Source: Paraspadella gotoi (taxonomy: Eukaryota > Animalia > Chaetognatha). Taken from it: DNA of 64,000 nt. Location: NCBI GenBank assembly GCA_051294375.1, contig CM119270.1, positions 10,436,766 to 10,500,765 of the forward strand, given 5' to 3'. The notes below the pieces were generated by a model. It made no database searches and was not told the DNA's origin. It saw only the letters and a list, made by a program, of their open reading frames with translations. The position numbers and the translations under genes are program-made. The number at the start of each line of letters is the position of its first letter. The stretch's first letter is position 1. Below are positions 13,022 through 26,873 of this stretch, piece after piece.

Positions 13022-13115
13022 ATTTTCCAATTAAACTCATTTCCACTTGCAGGATTTCATCACACACTTTTCTACCCACACACAAAATTTCATCTCATTC
13101 TATCCATCCAATTAT
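13022..13115 (-). mobile_element. Isolated fragment of the HINE 147-bp unit
   Basis: ttttccaattaaactcatttccact...tcacacacttttctacccacacacaaaatttcat...atccatcca matches 12256-12360. Confidence 0.7.
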
Positions 13116-13214
13116 GATTAAAAATGTGGAAAGAAATGAAACATTCTTTGAAATATTATACACTTCATTGATAGGGAAGCCAGGTACTCTGGGGGTGAAT
13201 AAACTGTGAGAGAG

Positions 13215-13291
13215 TCTTGATTGAAAGCTTGCAGGGACCTGCTATGTCATTATCTTGTATGAGTGATGGAGGCCTTAAACCACCAAAGCCT
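13215..13291 (+). repeat. Dispersed repeat fragment (inverted copy at 39366-39442)
   Basis: tcttgattgaaagcttgcagggacctgctatgtcattatcttgta...atggaggcct.aaacc.ccaaagcct is the reverse complement of 39366-39442 with a few substitutions. Confidence 0.85.
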
Positions 13292-13424
13292 TTGGACAAA
13301 GTCAGGGGAAAGATGTACCAATTTCATAATACTCAGGTCAAAGCGATTTGATTTAAGTGCAACGCAAGGTTACGTGAAATGATACAAGGAAACATTTTGT
13401 TTAATGTTAATGTTAATGTTTAAT

Positions 13425-13457
<33 letters not shown>

Positions 13458-13563
13458 GGAAAGTTTTCCAACACAGAGGTGAGAAAAAACAGTGGTCATT
13501 GGTGAGGACAGATTGAAGTTGAAGACAGCTAGGGTAAGTTTGTGAAAAGAAGTGAAAATGGTC

Positions 13564-13620
<57 letters not shown>

Positions 13621-13869
13621 AACAAAATTTTTCCTTTGAATCGACAAACGTAACGAAAGAGAAAGGAACATATCGCAGTGAAATGATACATAATTAACCA
13701 AGGGAAGTAAGCAAACTTTTGTTTCGCTGAAAGATTATAAATTTTCAGTGGACAACCATGTCTAAAGTTAGTTGTATACATTTAGTTCAACCGTCAAAAT
13801 GTTTCAAATTATTCTTTCGCGAGATTGATTAAATAAACGATTTTTGCTCTCTCTCTCTCTCTCTCTCCT

Positions 13870-13921
<52 letters not shown>

Positions 13922-14213
13922 CTCTCTTTCCTTCTCTTCTCTCCGCCCGTCTCTCCACTCGGTTTTGTTTTTGTTTTGCTTTTTTTTCATTCTCCTTCGC
14001 CTTTTGTTTCTTTCGTTGGGTGTTTTTTCGTAATTTATTCTCTCGGATATTTCGTTTCGTTTTAGCGACGAAGGCAATTTGTCATTGTGATGGTTTGTTT
14101 GTTGTTGAAGACCACACATGAGATAAAAAAAAGAGAGGGAAGAAAAGTATAAAAATCGAGGAAAGATAAAAAAAAAAGAAAACGTAATAAACATAGAAAG
14201 AAGAGAGGGTAGG

Positions 14214-14292
<79 letters not shown>

Positions 14293-15108
14293 GAGAGAGA
14301 AGGAAGAGGACGCAGAAGAGAGATTTGAGAGAGAGAAGTGCCCTCTTCTAGCTGGACCCACATGTAGCCCCGGTAGCCTTTGTTACTGTTTAATAGGTTG
14401 TTTTTTTAGTTCTGTTATATTTTTATAAAAAGATATAAAGCTTTATAAAAAACAAAGCAATTGTTATTTTCAAATTTAATTTTTTCAACGGGGGTCTGCA
14501 CCTACTGGTATATATATATATATATACTATGAAAATAATTACACATAATCTAAAGTCTATTTATTCAATCGATGTAAAAAAATGTAAAAAAGACTTCCAT
14601 TACGACGTCGAAAGAATCAACTGTGAAAAAAAGCGGGACATTCACAGCGTGTTTCTGGTCACGGAAAAAAGGGGAGGGAAGAACATAAACAAAAGGGAAG
14701 TGAATTATTTCATTGAAAATTTACGAGAATTTCTTTTTAATCGATGCTCTTTTTTTATATTAGTTCGATGCTGAGACGCAACGAAATAAAGGCCGCTCGT
14801 AAACTATCACTTTATACAAAAACTGATTTGCGTAAAAGTGAAACAAAAATAAAAGTCTTAGACTTAGTCTTATTTTATATTGTTGAACTCAAATTTAGAG
14901 CAGTACTTCTGTAAAGTTTAAAGAGTGGTATCATCCTATGAAATACGTATGATTAGCTTTTAAATTAAAATAATTTTATCAGTTCATTGAAGAATAACTC
15001 GCGTTGAAAATGTCAAAAGTGATACTCATTGTCAGTTTGTTTTATAATATCATTTTAAATTATATTTCTTTCTTGACCTTCTCGAAACACCCACTCACCA
15101 GGCATTGG

Positions 15109-15253
<145 letters not shown>

Positions 15254-16689
15254 AGCGTTACAGGAATATCGACTGCGACCTCGATTCCAGAGTGAAAAAA
15301 AGGGCACCTGATTTCTCTTCGAGCAGCGAAGTGAACTGAAGGAGTGTTAGGGTTGAAGAGTGGCGCGCCTGGCCAGGAGCGGTCCCAACTCCTAAAGAGA
15401 GAAAGGAGGGAAGAAGGAATCTCCGTGGCGGTGAATCGTTGAAAGGGTAAGCTCGTCTTTAAGTGGAACCTTTGAATGACGAGTTCTGAATGGAGTTAAA
15501 AATGATGAGTGAGGTCTGTCACCCTGCTGCAAAGATTTTGATGGGAAAAACGAAAAAATCCGGTTGTTGATGAAATCCGGAAAAGACAGAGGGAAAGATG
15601 GGATGCCGAACAATCAAAAGGGACGGTTATAGTTGGGTCCTCAGTCCTTGCTGGGTCAATGATTCTTGGGCAGAAGAAGAGTGAGAGAGAGAGACGGATT
15701 AAACGTTGCGACGGAAAAGGGAATGACGGGACCAACCACCTAAATTTCCTTCTACTTTATTTTTCAACGCTCTGAATAGTTTCTTTTTCCTGTCTCTTTC
15801 CCACCCCGTCTCTTTCTTTATCCTCCTTCCCTTCCTCCTCCTCCTCCCCCTCCTCCTCCTCCTCCTCCTCCGCTCGACAATTTATCACAAATCGCGATGA
15901 CGGTTTTTGGCGCCCGATCGTCTTCGACTTGGTGGGGGGAATCAGAGGGGGGCGGGGGACCCCGGGAGGTGGGGGAAAAAGAGAAATAGAGGGGGGCTAT
16001 TTATTTGGCAACTTGAAGGGGCATTTGGGGGATGGGGGAAAGTGGAGTGTATTATGATTTAAGGATGGTGGCTGGGGGCGAATGAAAAAGGTGGAAAGTG
16101 AGGACAGAATAATTAGATTATTGGAGGAAGAATTTAGAATTAAAAAGGCTTTCTCAGTGGAAAGAGGGTAAAGACATATTTGGGGATTGATCGATATGTA
16201 TCTGTAACTGGAGTAGGAATTTAAGGAAGGAAAGGAGTGGACGGCCCAGTTTATGTTGATCGTCTCGTCGGCAGACGATGGGAGACGTCGGGATTTTAAG
16301 TTGTAAACATAAAAAGTGATCGCCAGGACAGGCGGGTGGGGATTCGATGCGAAGCGACGGTGGAGAGAAAAGGAGTAAATCTGTGATATTCATTCGTCTA
16401 AAAAACGACTGTCATTTGACCGAACTCTGTTAAGCAAAGTCGTAAAAATATTGCACCTTATTTCAGAAAAAAAAAGGTGAAATTAATTGAAGTGAAGTGA
16501 CGAATAAACCGGAAATTGATCCGAAAAATTTTAGATGAACAAAGATCGACGTTTTGTCCCAAATAAAATAGACTTTACCAAAAAAAACCCAAAAACTAGA
16601 CCACCCAGACTTTGTGAAAAAAAAATTTGAAGAATCTAATTTTTTTTCCATTGTATTATTTCCTTTTTCTTTTCTACTTTTCGTTTTTC

Positions 16690-16784
16690 TCTTCTACCTC
16701 TCTCTTCTCTCTCTGTCTCTCTCTCCTCTCTCTCTTCTCTCTTTTCTCTCTACTCCTCTCTTTCTCTCTCTCTCTCTCTCTCTT

Positions 16785-16828
<44 letters not shown>

Positions 16829-16941
16829 CTCTCTTCTCTCCTCTTCTCTTCTCTCTCTCTTCTCTCTTCTTCTCTCTCTCTCCTCCTCTCTCTTTCTCTT
16901 CCTCTCCTCATCTCTTCCGTCTCTCTCTTCTCTCTCTCTCT

Positions 16942-16985
<44 letters not shown>

Positions 16986-17011
16986 CTCTTCTCTCTCTCC
17001 TCTCTCTCTCT
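16690..17011. repeat. Long interrupted (CT)n polypyrimidine tract
   Basis: ~320 bp made almost entirely of C and T. Confidence 0.95.
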
Positions 17012-19177
17012 TATTCGGCTCCAGAAAAACCTTTTGGCGTGCGGTTCCAATAGTAAATTCGCATCACGAAATTTCTGGACTCTTGGACACGAGGGAGCCG
17101 CGACTTTTGGGAAAGGGAATCACTGCAGATATTGAAGGGGTGAAGTGGGTGCCGCTGCTTTTCGCACGAAGAGAGAAGAGTAGAGAGAATTAGAGAATAG
17201 AGAGAGAGAGAGGAGAGTAGAGAGAGACGAGAGACGACAGAGAAGAGCAGCTCCTAGAGAGCGAGAGAGAGAAGAGCAGGCCTTTTTCTCTCAATAAAAA
17301 AAAAAAAAAAAACAAAAAATTGCACACACAACTTCTTACTTTCTCTGATACTCTTTGCCTAGCTGAGCAGTGCAATGAACGTCGGACCTTCCCATGAATC
17401 GATACAAAGACAAGTGCAAGGAATTCTGGACAATATCTGGACTCATACAATTGAGACCTGAATATAGTCGTAGATATAGTAGTAGAATATTGAGTAGATA
17501 CAAAAGAGACTATTTTTACTGGATGTGTCTTTTTATAACGTGGAAGTAAAATATTTAAATTTCATTTATCGCTTTTATGTTCTTTTTTAATTTTTTTAAA
17601 ATTTATTTTCCATAACTTTCTTTCAACTGCTTTTCTTTTTTCATCTTATCCCCGCCTTCTTTTTATTTCCTATCTTCTACTTTCTCTTGACATTTCTATT
17701 TTTCCCCTCTTTTCCTTTTATCCTCTCTTTCCACGCTCATCTTTCTCCTCTCCCTCTCTTTCCTTCTTTCCAAGGCGGAGCCAACGCGAAATGCCATTCG
17801 ACCAACGGGGCAAAAGGCTTAGGACCTTCCCCCTCGGAATTTATGAATATTATCCCCCCCGTCTTTTCTATTTTCCTCCCTTCCTCATCCTTCCTCCCTT
17901 TCCTCCATCCATCCCTTCATCCTCAATTCAAACTAACCCTTGTTCTTTCTAGAAATCTAACACGCGGTTGATAAGAGAGAGAAAAAGCTTCCGAAAAAGA
18001 AAATTCCTTCGCTTAAAAAAATCATGTTTAAAAATGGTAAGAAATAAAAAAAGAAAGAAAACTCCCCGTTGACTTTTTTTGTGTGTGTGAACGTAATTTT
18101 TGGCTTTTCTAATCAGAAAAAAGTTTTCTTATCACAAATGTCAAAAGTTTTCATTTTTTTTTGACAGGACTAAAAGTTCTAAGCTTTTAAGATAACTAAT
18201 AACGAATTTGGTTTTAAGACAAACCAAATTTCTAATTTTATTCGACAACCTCTCAATGAATTTCCTAACATATGTAGTCNNNNNNNNNNNNNNNNNNNNN
18301 NNNNNNNNNNNNNNNNNNNNNNNNNNNNNNNNNNNNNNNNNNNNNNNNNNNNNNNNNNNNNNNNNNNNNNNNNNNNNNNNNNNNNNNNNNNNNNNNNNNN
18401 NNNNNNNNNNNNNNNNNNNNNNNNNNNNNNNNNNNNNNNNNNNNNNNNNNNNNNNNNNNNNNNNNNNNNNNNNNNNNNNNNNNNNNNNNNNNNNNNNNNN
18501 NNNNNNNNNNNNNNNNNNNNNNNNNNNNNNNNNNNNNNNNNNNNNNNNNNNNNNNNNNNNNNNNNNNNNNNNNNNNNNNNNNNNNNNNNNNNNNNNNNNN
18601 NNNNNNNNNNNNNNNNNNNNNNNNNNNNNNNNNNNNNNNNNNNNNNNNNNNNNNNNNNNNNNNNNNNNNNNNNNNNNNNNNNNNNNNNNNNNNNNNNNNN
18701 NNNNNNNNNNNNNNNNNNNNNNACCTATGTACTATCTAGATATTACTTTAGGTAATAACGTTTTTTCTCAAATTCGTAAAGCAACGTCGATGTCAGCGGC
18801 AGCAGCGGCGCGGCGGCGCTGGCGGCGGCGGCAGCGTTTGAATTCTTATGAAGGCGGTTTTATGCTTTAATCCTCCTCTTAATATTAACACGCATCCTCC
18901 GGCAAGTGACTCCTTCATTCCATCATAATCTCTCTCTCTCTCTTCTCTCTCTTTTTTTCTCTCTCTCTCTTTCTCTTCTCTCTCTCTCTTTCTCTCTTTT
19001 CTCTCTCTCTCTTTTTCTCTCTCTTTTTTCTCTCTCTCTCTCTGCCCCCAATCCCACATATGATTTGCATTGCAAATATTCGGCGGATACGAGAGAATAA
19101 CACATCTCACCGCTTTTTGCTCTTTAACATTCTATATATATATATATATTCTATATATACCTTTAACATTCTATATA

Positions 19178-19209
19178 TAAAATACCTCATCTAAAGATGA
19201 GGTATTTTA
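19178..19209. repeat. Perfect palindrome, 15-bp arms with 2-nt loop
   Basis: taaaatacctcatct-aa-agatgaggtatttta. Confidence 0.9.
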
Positions 19210-19335
19210 AAAATGGTTTAGTACCTTAATAAGACAATATTTAAAATATATACTTAAATAATTCTATTAGTATTTCTATTCGGTTAATTTTTACATTACT
19301 GTCATTGTCCCACTTGTCGTTTTCTTAATTGTTTT

Positions 19336-19373
19336 CGTCATCATCGTCGTCATCGTCGTCATCTTCTTCTTCT

Positions 19374-19444
<71 letters not shown>
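19336..19444. repeat. (TCG)n microsatellite
   Basis: Long tcg run with tca/tct variants at its start. Confidence 0.95.
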
Positions 19445-19539
19445 TCCCTCCAGCCCTGATTCCTTTTGCATTTGTTTAGTTATGCATCCGCGTCATGTTC
19501 CAATGTTGTTTTGTTGTGATGTGACGTCGCCGCTTCCGC

Positions 19540-19570
<31 letters not shown>

Positions 19571-21606
19571 GCCAAACGCCGCCTGTCGACGCCAAAGCCG
19601 TCAGCCGACGAAGGGAGTTGGAGAATTAATTACGATTCGTGAAGAATAGATTTAGAGATGAAATTGGTCATGAAGAAATACAGTGTGAGGATTAGTAGTA
19701 AAACACTCAAAATTTAAACCCAATTTCAATTCTCTAAATAGTATAAAATGTCTGTCTTATCCTCAATTAAGCATTTTTATACAAATAATTTTCTCCCAAT
19801 GTCGTCTGACACTCCCTTTGCTTTTTTTGTTTTTTTTTCCTTTCATTTCTTTCCCCCGCCGCACGGAGCCGCCAACGTCGCGGCCGCCGCCGCCCACCGC
19901 TTTCGCCGCCCCTGTCATTTTTTCCTTGAAATTTTATGTAGAGCCTCACATGACTAATTCATAAGCCAGGAGGAGGAGGAGGAGGAGGAGGAGGAGGAAG
20001 TGGTGGATAAGGAGGAGGAGGAGGAAAAAGAGGATGAGGAACCGGGAGAGAAAAAGGAATTGACTTTCAAAGTGAATACTCGCTGTGACGCGCTATGAGG
20101 GAATTGCGTATTATGAAGTGGGGATGCAATTGTTTATGCCATTTTTTTTAGGAAAATCGGTACTAGAAATTGTATTTCGAAATGGGAGCTTTGGAAACCT
20201 TATTGTNNNNNNNNNNGCAACTTGGCTTGTTAGTTTTTTACGCGGAGCTATTACAACGATTTAGAAAATTGCTGAACGTAAATTTTTTTTATTTTAGAAT
20301 CAAAAGTTGATTTGTATTATGTACAACATATGTACCTTACAAACAAGCGATTCGTCTAAGAAACCACTAGAACTCTTAAAATCGGCTTAACGAATGAGAA
20401 AGAGAGAGAAAGAGAAAAAAACCTTTATTTCCTTTAATTGAAATTAGTTGCGGAGAGAGAGAATCATCCTGACGCCGCTTTATGCAAATTAGAAACAAAT
20501 TAGGCGCAGGTAAAAAACGAGGTAACGAGAGAATCGGCGGAAGGAAAGGAAGGAAATAGAAGGGAAAAAGAAAAAGGGAGGAGAGGAAAGAAAAAAAGAA
20601 ATTAAAGGGAGGAAAAGAAAAAAAGAAATTAACCGAAAGGAGGAAATGAAGGATATTAAAAAGAGAAAGTGAGATAGAAAGAAGGAGCGTAATTGAATAA
20701 AGAGGAAAATATACATAAATTTGTCGATAAATCCTGTATTGATTGACTTCCACTCATCAAACTAAATATTGTATTTAAAAATTAAAAAGTAATCAGAAAT
20801 TATCAATCGCGAAAGTACAAATTGCGAAACTCTCGGGAAAATTTTGACATTTTAGCTAGAAACTAATGCGATCACGAAACAGTTTAATAGCATCTGCGGC
20901 AATAAAGAGATCACATTTTTTAACTGGCACCAACTACTGCAGAGACTGCAGCTGTTTTAATTATTCGATTGGCAACTGGATTGATTGGAGCGATGAGGAA
21001 ATTTCCGACTCATCGCAGGGAAACTCGAGCGAAAAATCAAAGAAATTCGAGCCAAGGTGAGGGAAAGGGGGGAAGGGGGAAGGGAGGAAGGTAGAAAGGG
21101 GGAAGGGAGGAAGGTGAAAAGGGGGAAGGGGCGAAGGGGACTTGAGAGTGAGAGTGAGTCAGTGAGTCGATCGATCGTGATTAAGAAACCAAGACAGAGA
21201 AAAAAAAATTGTGACCATTGACCAACGGTAACAAGTAATTTTTTTTTGGAGACATTACTTTAATTTACAATTAATTGGCCCGAAATGGAACTTGATTGTA
21301 GAAGTAGTCGTATTTTTTGTTTTTGTTAGTTGGATGACATTGGAAGATGCGTATCAAAATAAATTTTATTGTAAAACCCTTTGAACGCAGATGAAAAAAA
21401 TCCTAAAAGAGGCGAAAATCTACAGAGAGAAAGACGTGGATAGAAAGAGAGTAAGAGCGTCAGGTCATCCAAGAAACCTCACAGTAAAAAGCAAAGAAAA
21501 GTGAAAAAGGATGGAAAGAAAGAAAATGTTCATGGGTGGAGTAGTAAGGAAAGGAAATCAAATCCTGCAGAAGTTGCCAATTAGTCAAGCAAAAGGCCAT
21601 ACCGTG

Positions 21607-21693
<87 letters not shown>

Positions 21694-22211
21694 GAGAAAG
21701 GCGCGAATGTTCAGGTAGATGTGAAGAATATTTACGAAGATAAGAGAAAGGTGCAGAAGAAAGGAAAGTAAGTATAGTAGATTAATAAAAACGAGAGTAT
21801 AACTTTAGAGTTGTTACATGTGTGAGAGGTGAGGTCGAAAGGCAAAATGCAACGCACCTTAGTTGATTATTAAGATGGTTAAAAGGATGACTGGCCGAAT
21901 AAAGTATCAGGGTGAAGCCCGTCTGGGGTGAAAAAAACGAACGGGTTCACCGGTGACTCTGGCTGCACGAGAGAGGTCCTCATCCCCAAGAGTGATTACG
22001 CGCGTAGGCGGCGTCACAGGCGAGGGCGGTGGCGGTGGCGGCGGCAGCAGCGGCGGCGGCAGCGGCGGCGTTGAGGCCTTCAGACTGATTACTTTTTTAC
22101 CTTTTAGACATGGAAATCATTATTGCGACTTTTCCTCCTTTTCTAATTCATTCGCGTCGCGAGGCGGAAAAAGCCTGCCTCTCTCTCTTTCTCTCTTTCT
22201 CTCTCTCTCTC

Positions 22212-22314
<103 letters not shown>

Positions 22315-23727
22315 GCGTTCGCGACAGCGGCGGCGACAGAATTTATTTCTCTCCTCAGACAAAAGGCTAAATCGCGAAAAAGGACGACGAAAGGCGGCGC
22401 GACGGCCGCTCGGTAAACAAACGAACAATGGACGAGGGTGAAAGCGGAGAAAGAGAAAGAGAGAGAGAGAGAAGGAAGAGGGAGAGAGAGAGAGAGAAAC
22501 AGAGAGGGGGGACGTAAAGAAAGAAACATCCGTAATGTTTGTTTATTTTCTTAGCAAAGCCAAGTTTTTTTTTATCCTTAATTTTGCAACGTGATTATCA
22601 AAGTGTGTTTGTATAAAAAATTAATCGCCTTTTTACTTCGCGTCTGTGACAGACAAGATCAAACAAGTCAGCGTCAGTTGGTTTTATCTGTTATCTTCAC
22701 CTTTTCAGTATTAATGTTATTGGGAAAGTTCTTTCTTTTCGTTGTGTTTTAGATAAATGAAAATATTAATGTTTAACCTTAGTATACATTATTTTATTAA
22801 AAATCGCCTGCTCTATTGAGATCTGGTGAAACATCGAAGCCTACAACTGAAGGCGGAATACAATGGCCGTGTAAACTGGGACGGTGTAAAGAGAGCATTG
22901 TGGCTCGGGCGACAAGAAATCACTGTGTGCTCGTCAGTTGATATGTTTTAGTCGCGAAAGGAAGCAAAGTAAATTGATAACCATTCATTCATTCTTTCTT
23001 TCTTTCTTTCTTTCTTTCTTTNNNNNNNNNNNNNNNNNNTTCTTTGTTTCTTTGTTTCTTTCTTTGTTTCTTTGTTTCTATCATTAAGTTTATGTTTATT
23101 AGTCAACCAATTATTGTCTTTCTGTGTCGATCGTTATGTCTCTTTTTAGCGGAAACTGTAGCTGTAATTGTAATTGTAATTGTAACTGTAGCTGTAGCTG
23201 TAATTGTGTAACTCACTTTTTCTTTTTTTTCTTTTGCTTCGATTGGCGACACGCTACACGCTACTCAACTACTCACAAGAAAGCGGTTCACACCCGTTGT
23301 CACGCTTACGGTTTCACTCTCTCCCCCGATTCACTCTCTATCCCTTTTTACTAAACAGGCGTCGAGCGTTTGATCCCCACGAGAAAACCTGAACGCCAAC
23401 AATGGAGAAGCGGGAGAAAAGGGAATTAAACAAAATTAAATAAAAACGAAAAATAATAAAAAAAATTGGAAAAATAAAAGAGAGCGAAAAAAAAGTCTCC
23501 GGGGATAAAATGAAAACCTCATCGAATTTTACGAGGGCGACTCGATGAACGGAGGCGGGTAGATGTGGAGGGGAAGTGGAGAGGGTGGAGATAGGGGGAT
23601 TGAGGGGGAAGTTGTGGTGGAGAGGCTCATGAGACAATTTCGAAGAAAGGGATGACAGGCAAATTGTTGTGAGAGTGCTGTTTCTTTTGAAATTAAAGTC
23701 ATTTACGACAACTCTGTTGTTGGTTTG

Positions 23728-24465
23728 AAAAACATAGATGGGACACNNNNNNNNNNNNNNNNNNNNNNNNNNNNNNNNNNNNNNNNNNNNNNNNNNNNNN
23801 NNNNNNNNNNNNNNNNNNNNNNNNNNNNNNNNNNNNNNNNNNNNNNNNNNNNNNNNNNNNNNNNNNNNNNNNNNNNNNNNNNNNNNNNNNNNNNNNNNNN
23901 NNNNNNNNNNNNNNNNNNNNNNNNNNNNNNNNNNNNNNNNNNNNNNNNNNNNNNNNNNNNNNNNNNNNNNNNNNNNNNNNNNNNNNNNNNNNCCAACGCT
24001 GTCACAACGGTCACCTCCACCGTGATCCCCAATGTCATCAATGTCGTCAGCCAATGTCCGCCGTCTCTACCTCCGCCTCTCGATTCCTTGACAACTCCTC
24101 TCATTACCATCGTCTTGTCTTCCACCAACGTCATTGCCTGCAATCGCAACAGACCACAACGCGGAAGCTAGAAACGATCCAACTTTATATCCAGATGCAA
24201 GAATATTTGAAGACAAAAAATCAATTTAATGTTAAACAACATTCAACAAACACCTGCACTGTTGCGAATCAAATCATCAAATCATCCGCCTTTCTGCGAC
24301 TTCACCTCTCTAATCCACTCGCTCTCACACTCACACTCACAACTCCCCTTTCATCCGATTTTAAATTCACTCGTCCCTCTTCCTCTCGTTCACCCAGTTT
24401 CGCATTCACATCCGACAAACGTTTCACGACCTCGTGTCACCATACTGTTGTTGAGTTTTTTATTG

Positions 24466-24496
<31 letters not shown>

Positions 24497-24585
24497 AAAA
24501 AGAGAAAAAAAAGAAAAAAAAAAAAAAAAAAAAAAAAAAACAAAAAAAAAGAAAAAAAAAAAGAAAAAAAAAAAAAAAGAAAAAA

Positions 24586-24621
<36 letters not shown>

Positions 24622-24711
24622 AAAAAAAAAAAAAACAATAAAAAAAAAAAAAAAAAAAAAAAAAACAAATAAAGAAAAAAACAAAAAAAAAAAAAAAAAA
24701 CAAATAAAAAA

Positions 24712-24749
<38 letters not shown>

Positions 24750-24796
24750 GAAAAAAAATAAAAAAAAAAAAAAAATAAAAAAAAATAAAACAGAAA

Positions 24797-24838
<42 letters not shown>

Positions 24839-24884
24839 AAAGAAGAAAAAAAAAAAAAAAAACATAGATGGGACACCCCCCCCC

Positions 24885-24978
<94 letters not shown>

Positions 24979-25568
24979 ATCGTTAGTGACTCTGCGTGAG
25001 AGGTTCCATTAACGCAACTTCGACGTGGAGTCAGATCGACCAGAATCTCGACTACTTTGCCCCCATCGCTCTGTCCACTTCCACCGACTTTGTCCATTGC
25101 TTCTTGCACTTCTTCTGGCGCTGTCACAACGGTCACTCCACCGTGATCCCCAATGTCATCAATGTCGTCAGCCAATGTCCGCCGTCTCTACCTCCGCCTC
25201 TCGATTCCTTCACAACTCCTCTCATTACATCGTCTTGTCTTCCACCAACGTCATTGCCTGCAATCGCAACAGACCACAACGCGGAAGCTAGAACGATCCA
25301 ACTTTATATCCAGATGCAAGAATATTTGAAGACAAAAAATCAATTTAATGTTAAACAACATTCAACAAACACCTGCACTGTTGCGAATCAAATCATCACG
25401 TACTTAATCTTTTTTCCGCCTTTCTGCGACTTCACCTCTCTAATCCACTCGCTCTCACACTCACACTCACAATCCCCTTTCATCCGATTTTAAATTCACT
25501 CGTCCTCTTCTCTCGTTCACCAGTTCGCATTCACATCCGACAAACGTTTCACGACCTCGTGTCACCAT
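23728..25568 (+). repeat. ~710-bp direct duplication (23728-24443 and 24858-25568) separated by a ~400-bp noisy poly(A) tract
   Basis: aaaaacatagatgggacac starts both copies; 23997-24443 is nearly identical to 25119-25568; copy 2 fills the 246-N gap of copy 1; A tract at 24466-24862. Confidence 0.9.
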
Positions 25569-25605
25569 CTCTTGTTTATGCAAACTCTCATCCACCTTCA
25601 CTCAC

Positions 25606-25697
<92 letters not shown>

Positions 25698-26705
25698 CCT
25701 TTTTGTACGTACCGACGAGAAAGACAGGTCTCGCGCAAAAGCTCTCTCTTCAATCGAATTTCCCTCCCCCACCCTTTATCGTCCTCACACCATAGACCTT
25801 CACCTCCTCCATCTCCATCTCACCCCCTCGCTCACCGATTCATCTCCCCCTTNNNNNNNNNNNNNNNNNNNNNNNNNCTTTCTCTCGCCGCCTTCCGGGT
25901 CATTCATCATTCCTCGTGACCGGCGCTTCCCCTTGACAGGCATTCCAATCGCCGAGGAAAAAAGAGGGAGTGAGGAAGAGGAAGAGAGAGAAAGAGTGAG
26001 AGGGAGAAAGGGAGAGAGAAGGAGAGTGAGACAGAAAAGAAGAGGGAAAAAGGGAGAGAAAGGGAGAGAGAGATAGGAAGAGAGCGATAGAGGANNNNNN
26101 NNNNNNNNNNNNNNNNNNNNNNNNNNNNNNNNNNNNNNNNNNNNNNNNNNNNNNNNNNNNNNNNNNNNNNNNNNNNNNNNNNNNNNNNNNNNNNNNNNNN
26201 NNNNNNNNNNNNNNNNNNNNNNNNNNNNNNNNNNNNNNNNNNNNNNNNNNNNNNNNTGGGATGTATGAGGAGGATAGAAATTGATCTCGAACGCGGGTTT
26301 AAAAAAAAGAAGGGAATGTCGGTGAATGTCGGCAAGAAATCGAGGCGAACGAGGATCTGTCGACGCTTTGTCGGCCGCGTTGTCCGCTAGAATTGTCGGC
26401 ATAATGTAGACTTGTAGAGTTGTCTCCGTCGGGGGAAAAAGTTGGCGATAAATATCGGGAAAATTGTCGGGTGAATGTTTCGGTGATTGTCGTGCCGTCA
26501 AGCGGTCGAGAGGGACGTGTTTCACTTCCAACCGTTTTTTCCCGCTTGTTATTCCTTTCTTTATCTCTTTCTATCTTTCGCTCTTTCTGTCTTTCTTTCT
26601 TATCGTCGTCCCCGTGTTTGTCTTTCCATTGTTAGCCTTTTGTTTATATGACCTTCAAGAAAATTGTATTTCGGCAGCGCGATAAACGCCGGTGATAAAC
26701 CCAAA

Positions 26706-26742
<37 letters not shown>

Positions 26743-26838
26743 NNNNNNNNNNNNNNNNNNNNNNNNNNNNNNNNNNNNNNNNNNNNNNNNNNNNNNNNNN
26801 NNNNNNNNNNNNNNNNNNNNNNNNNNNNNNNNNNNNNN

Positions 26839-26873
<35 letters not shown>

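Noticed and set aside
15909-15923. GGCGCC-N5-GTCT Mad/Medea-type BMP response element
   Set aside because: A single short motif, roughly expected by chance in 64 kb on two strands.
22915-22940. Minus-strand CTGACGA-GCAC-aca-GTG hammerhead-like start
   Set aside because: No GAAA follows stem II.
24390-25493. Long ORFs (261 aa on minus, 165 aa on plus) in the duplicated segment
   Set aside because: The minus ORF is inflated by poly(A) and CT tracts; frames differ between the two copies; no family recognised.
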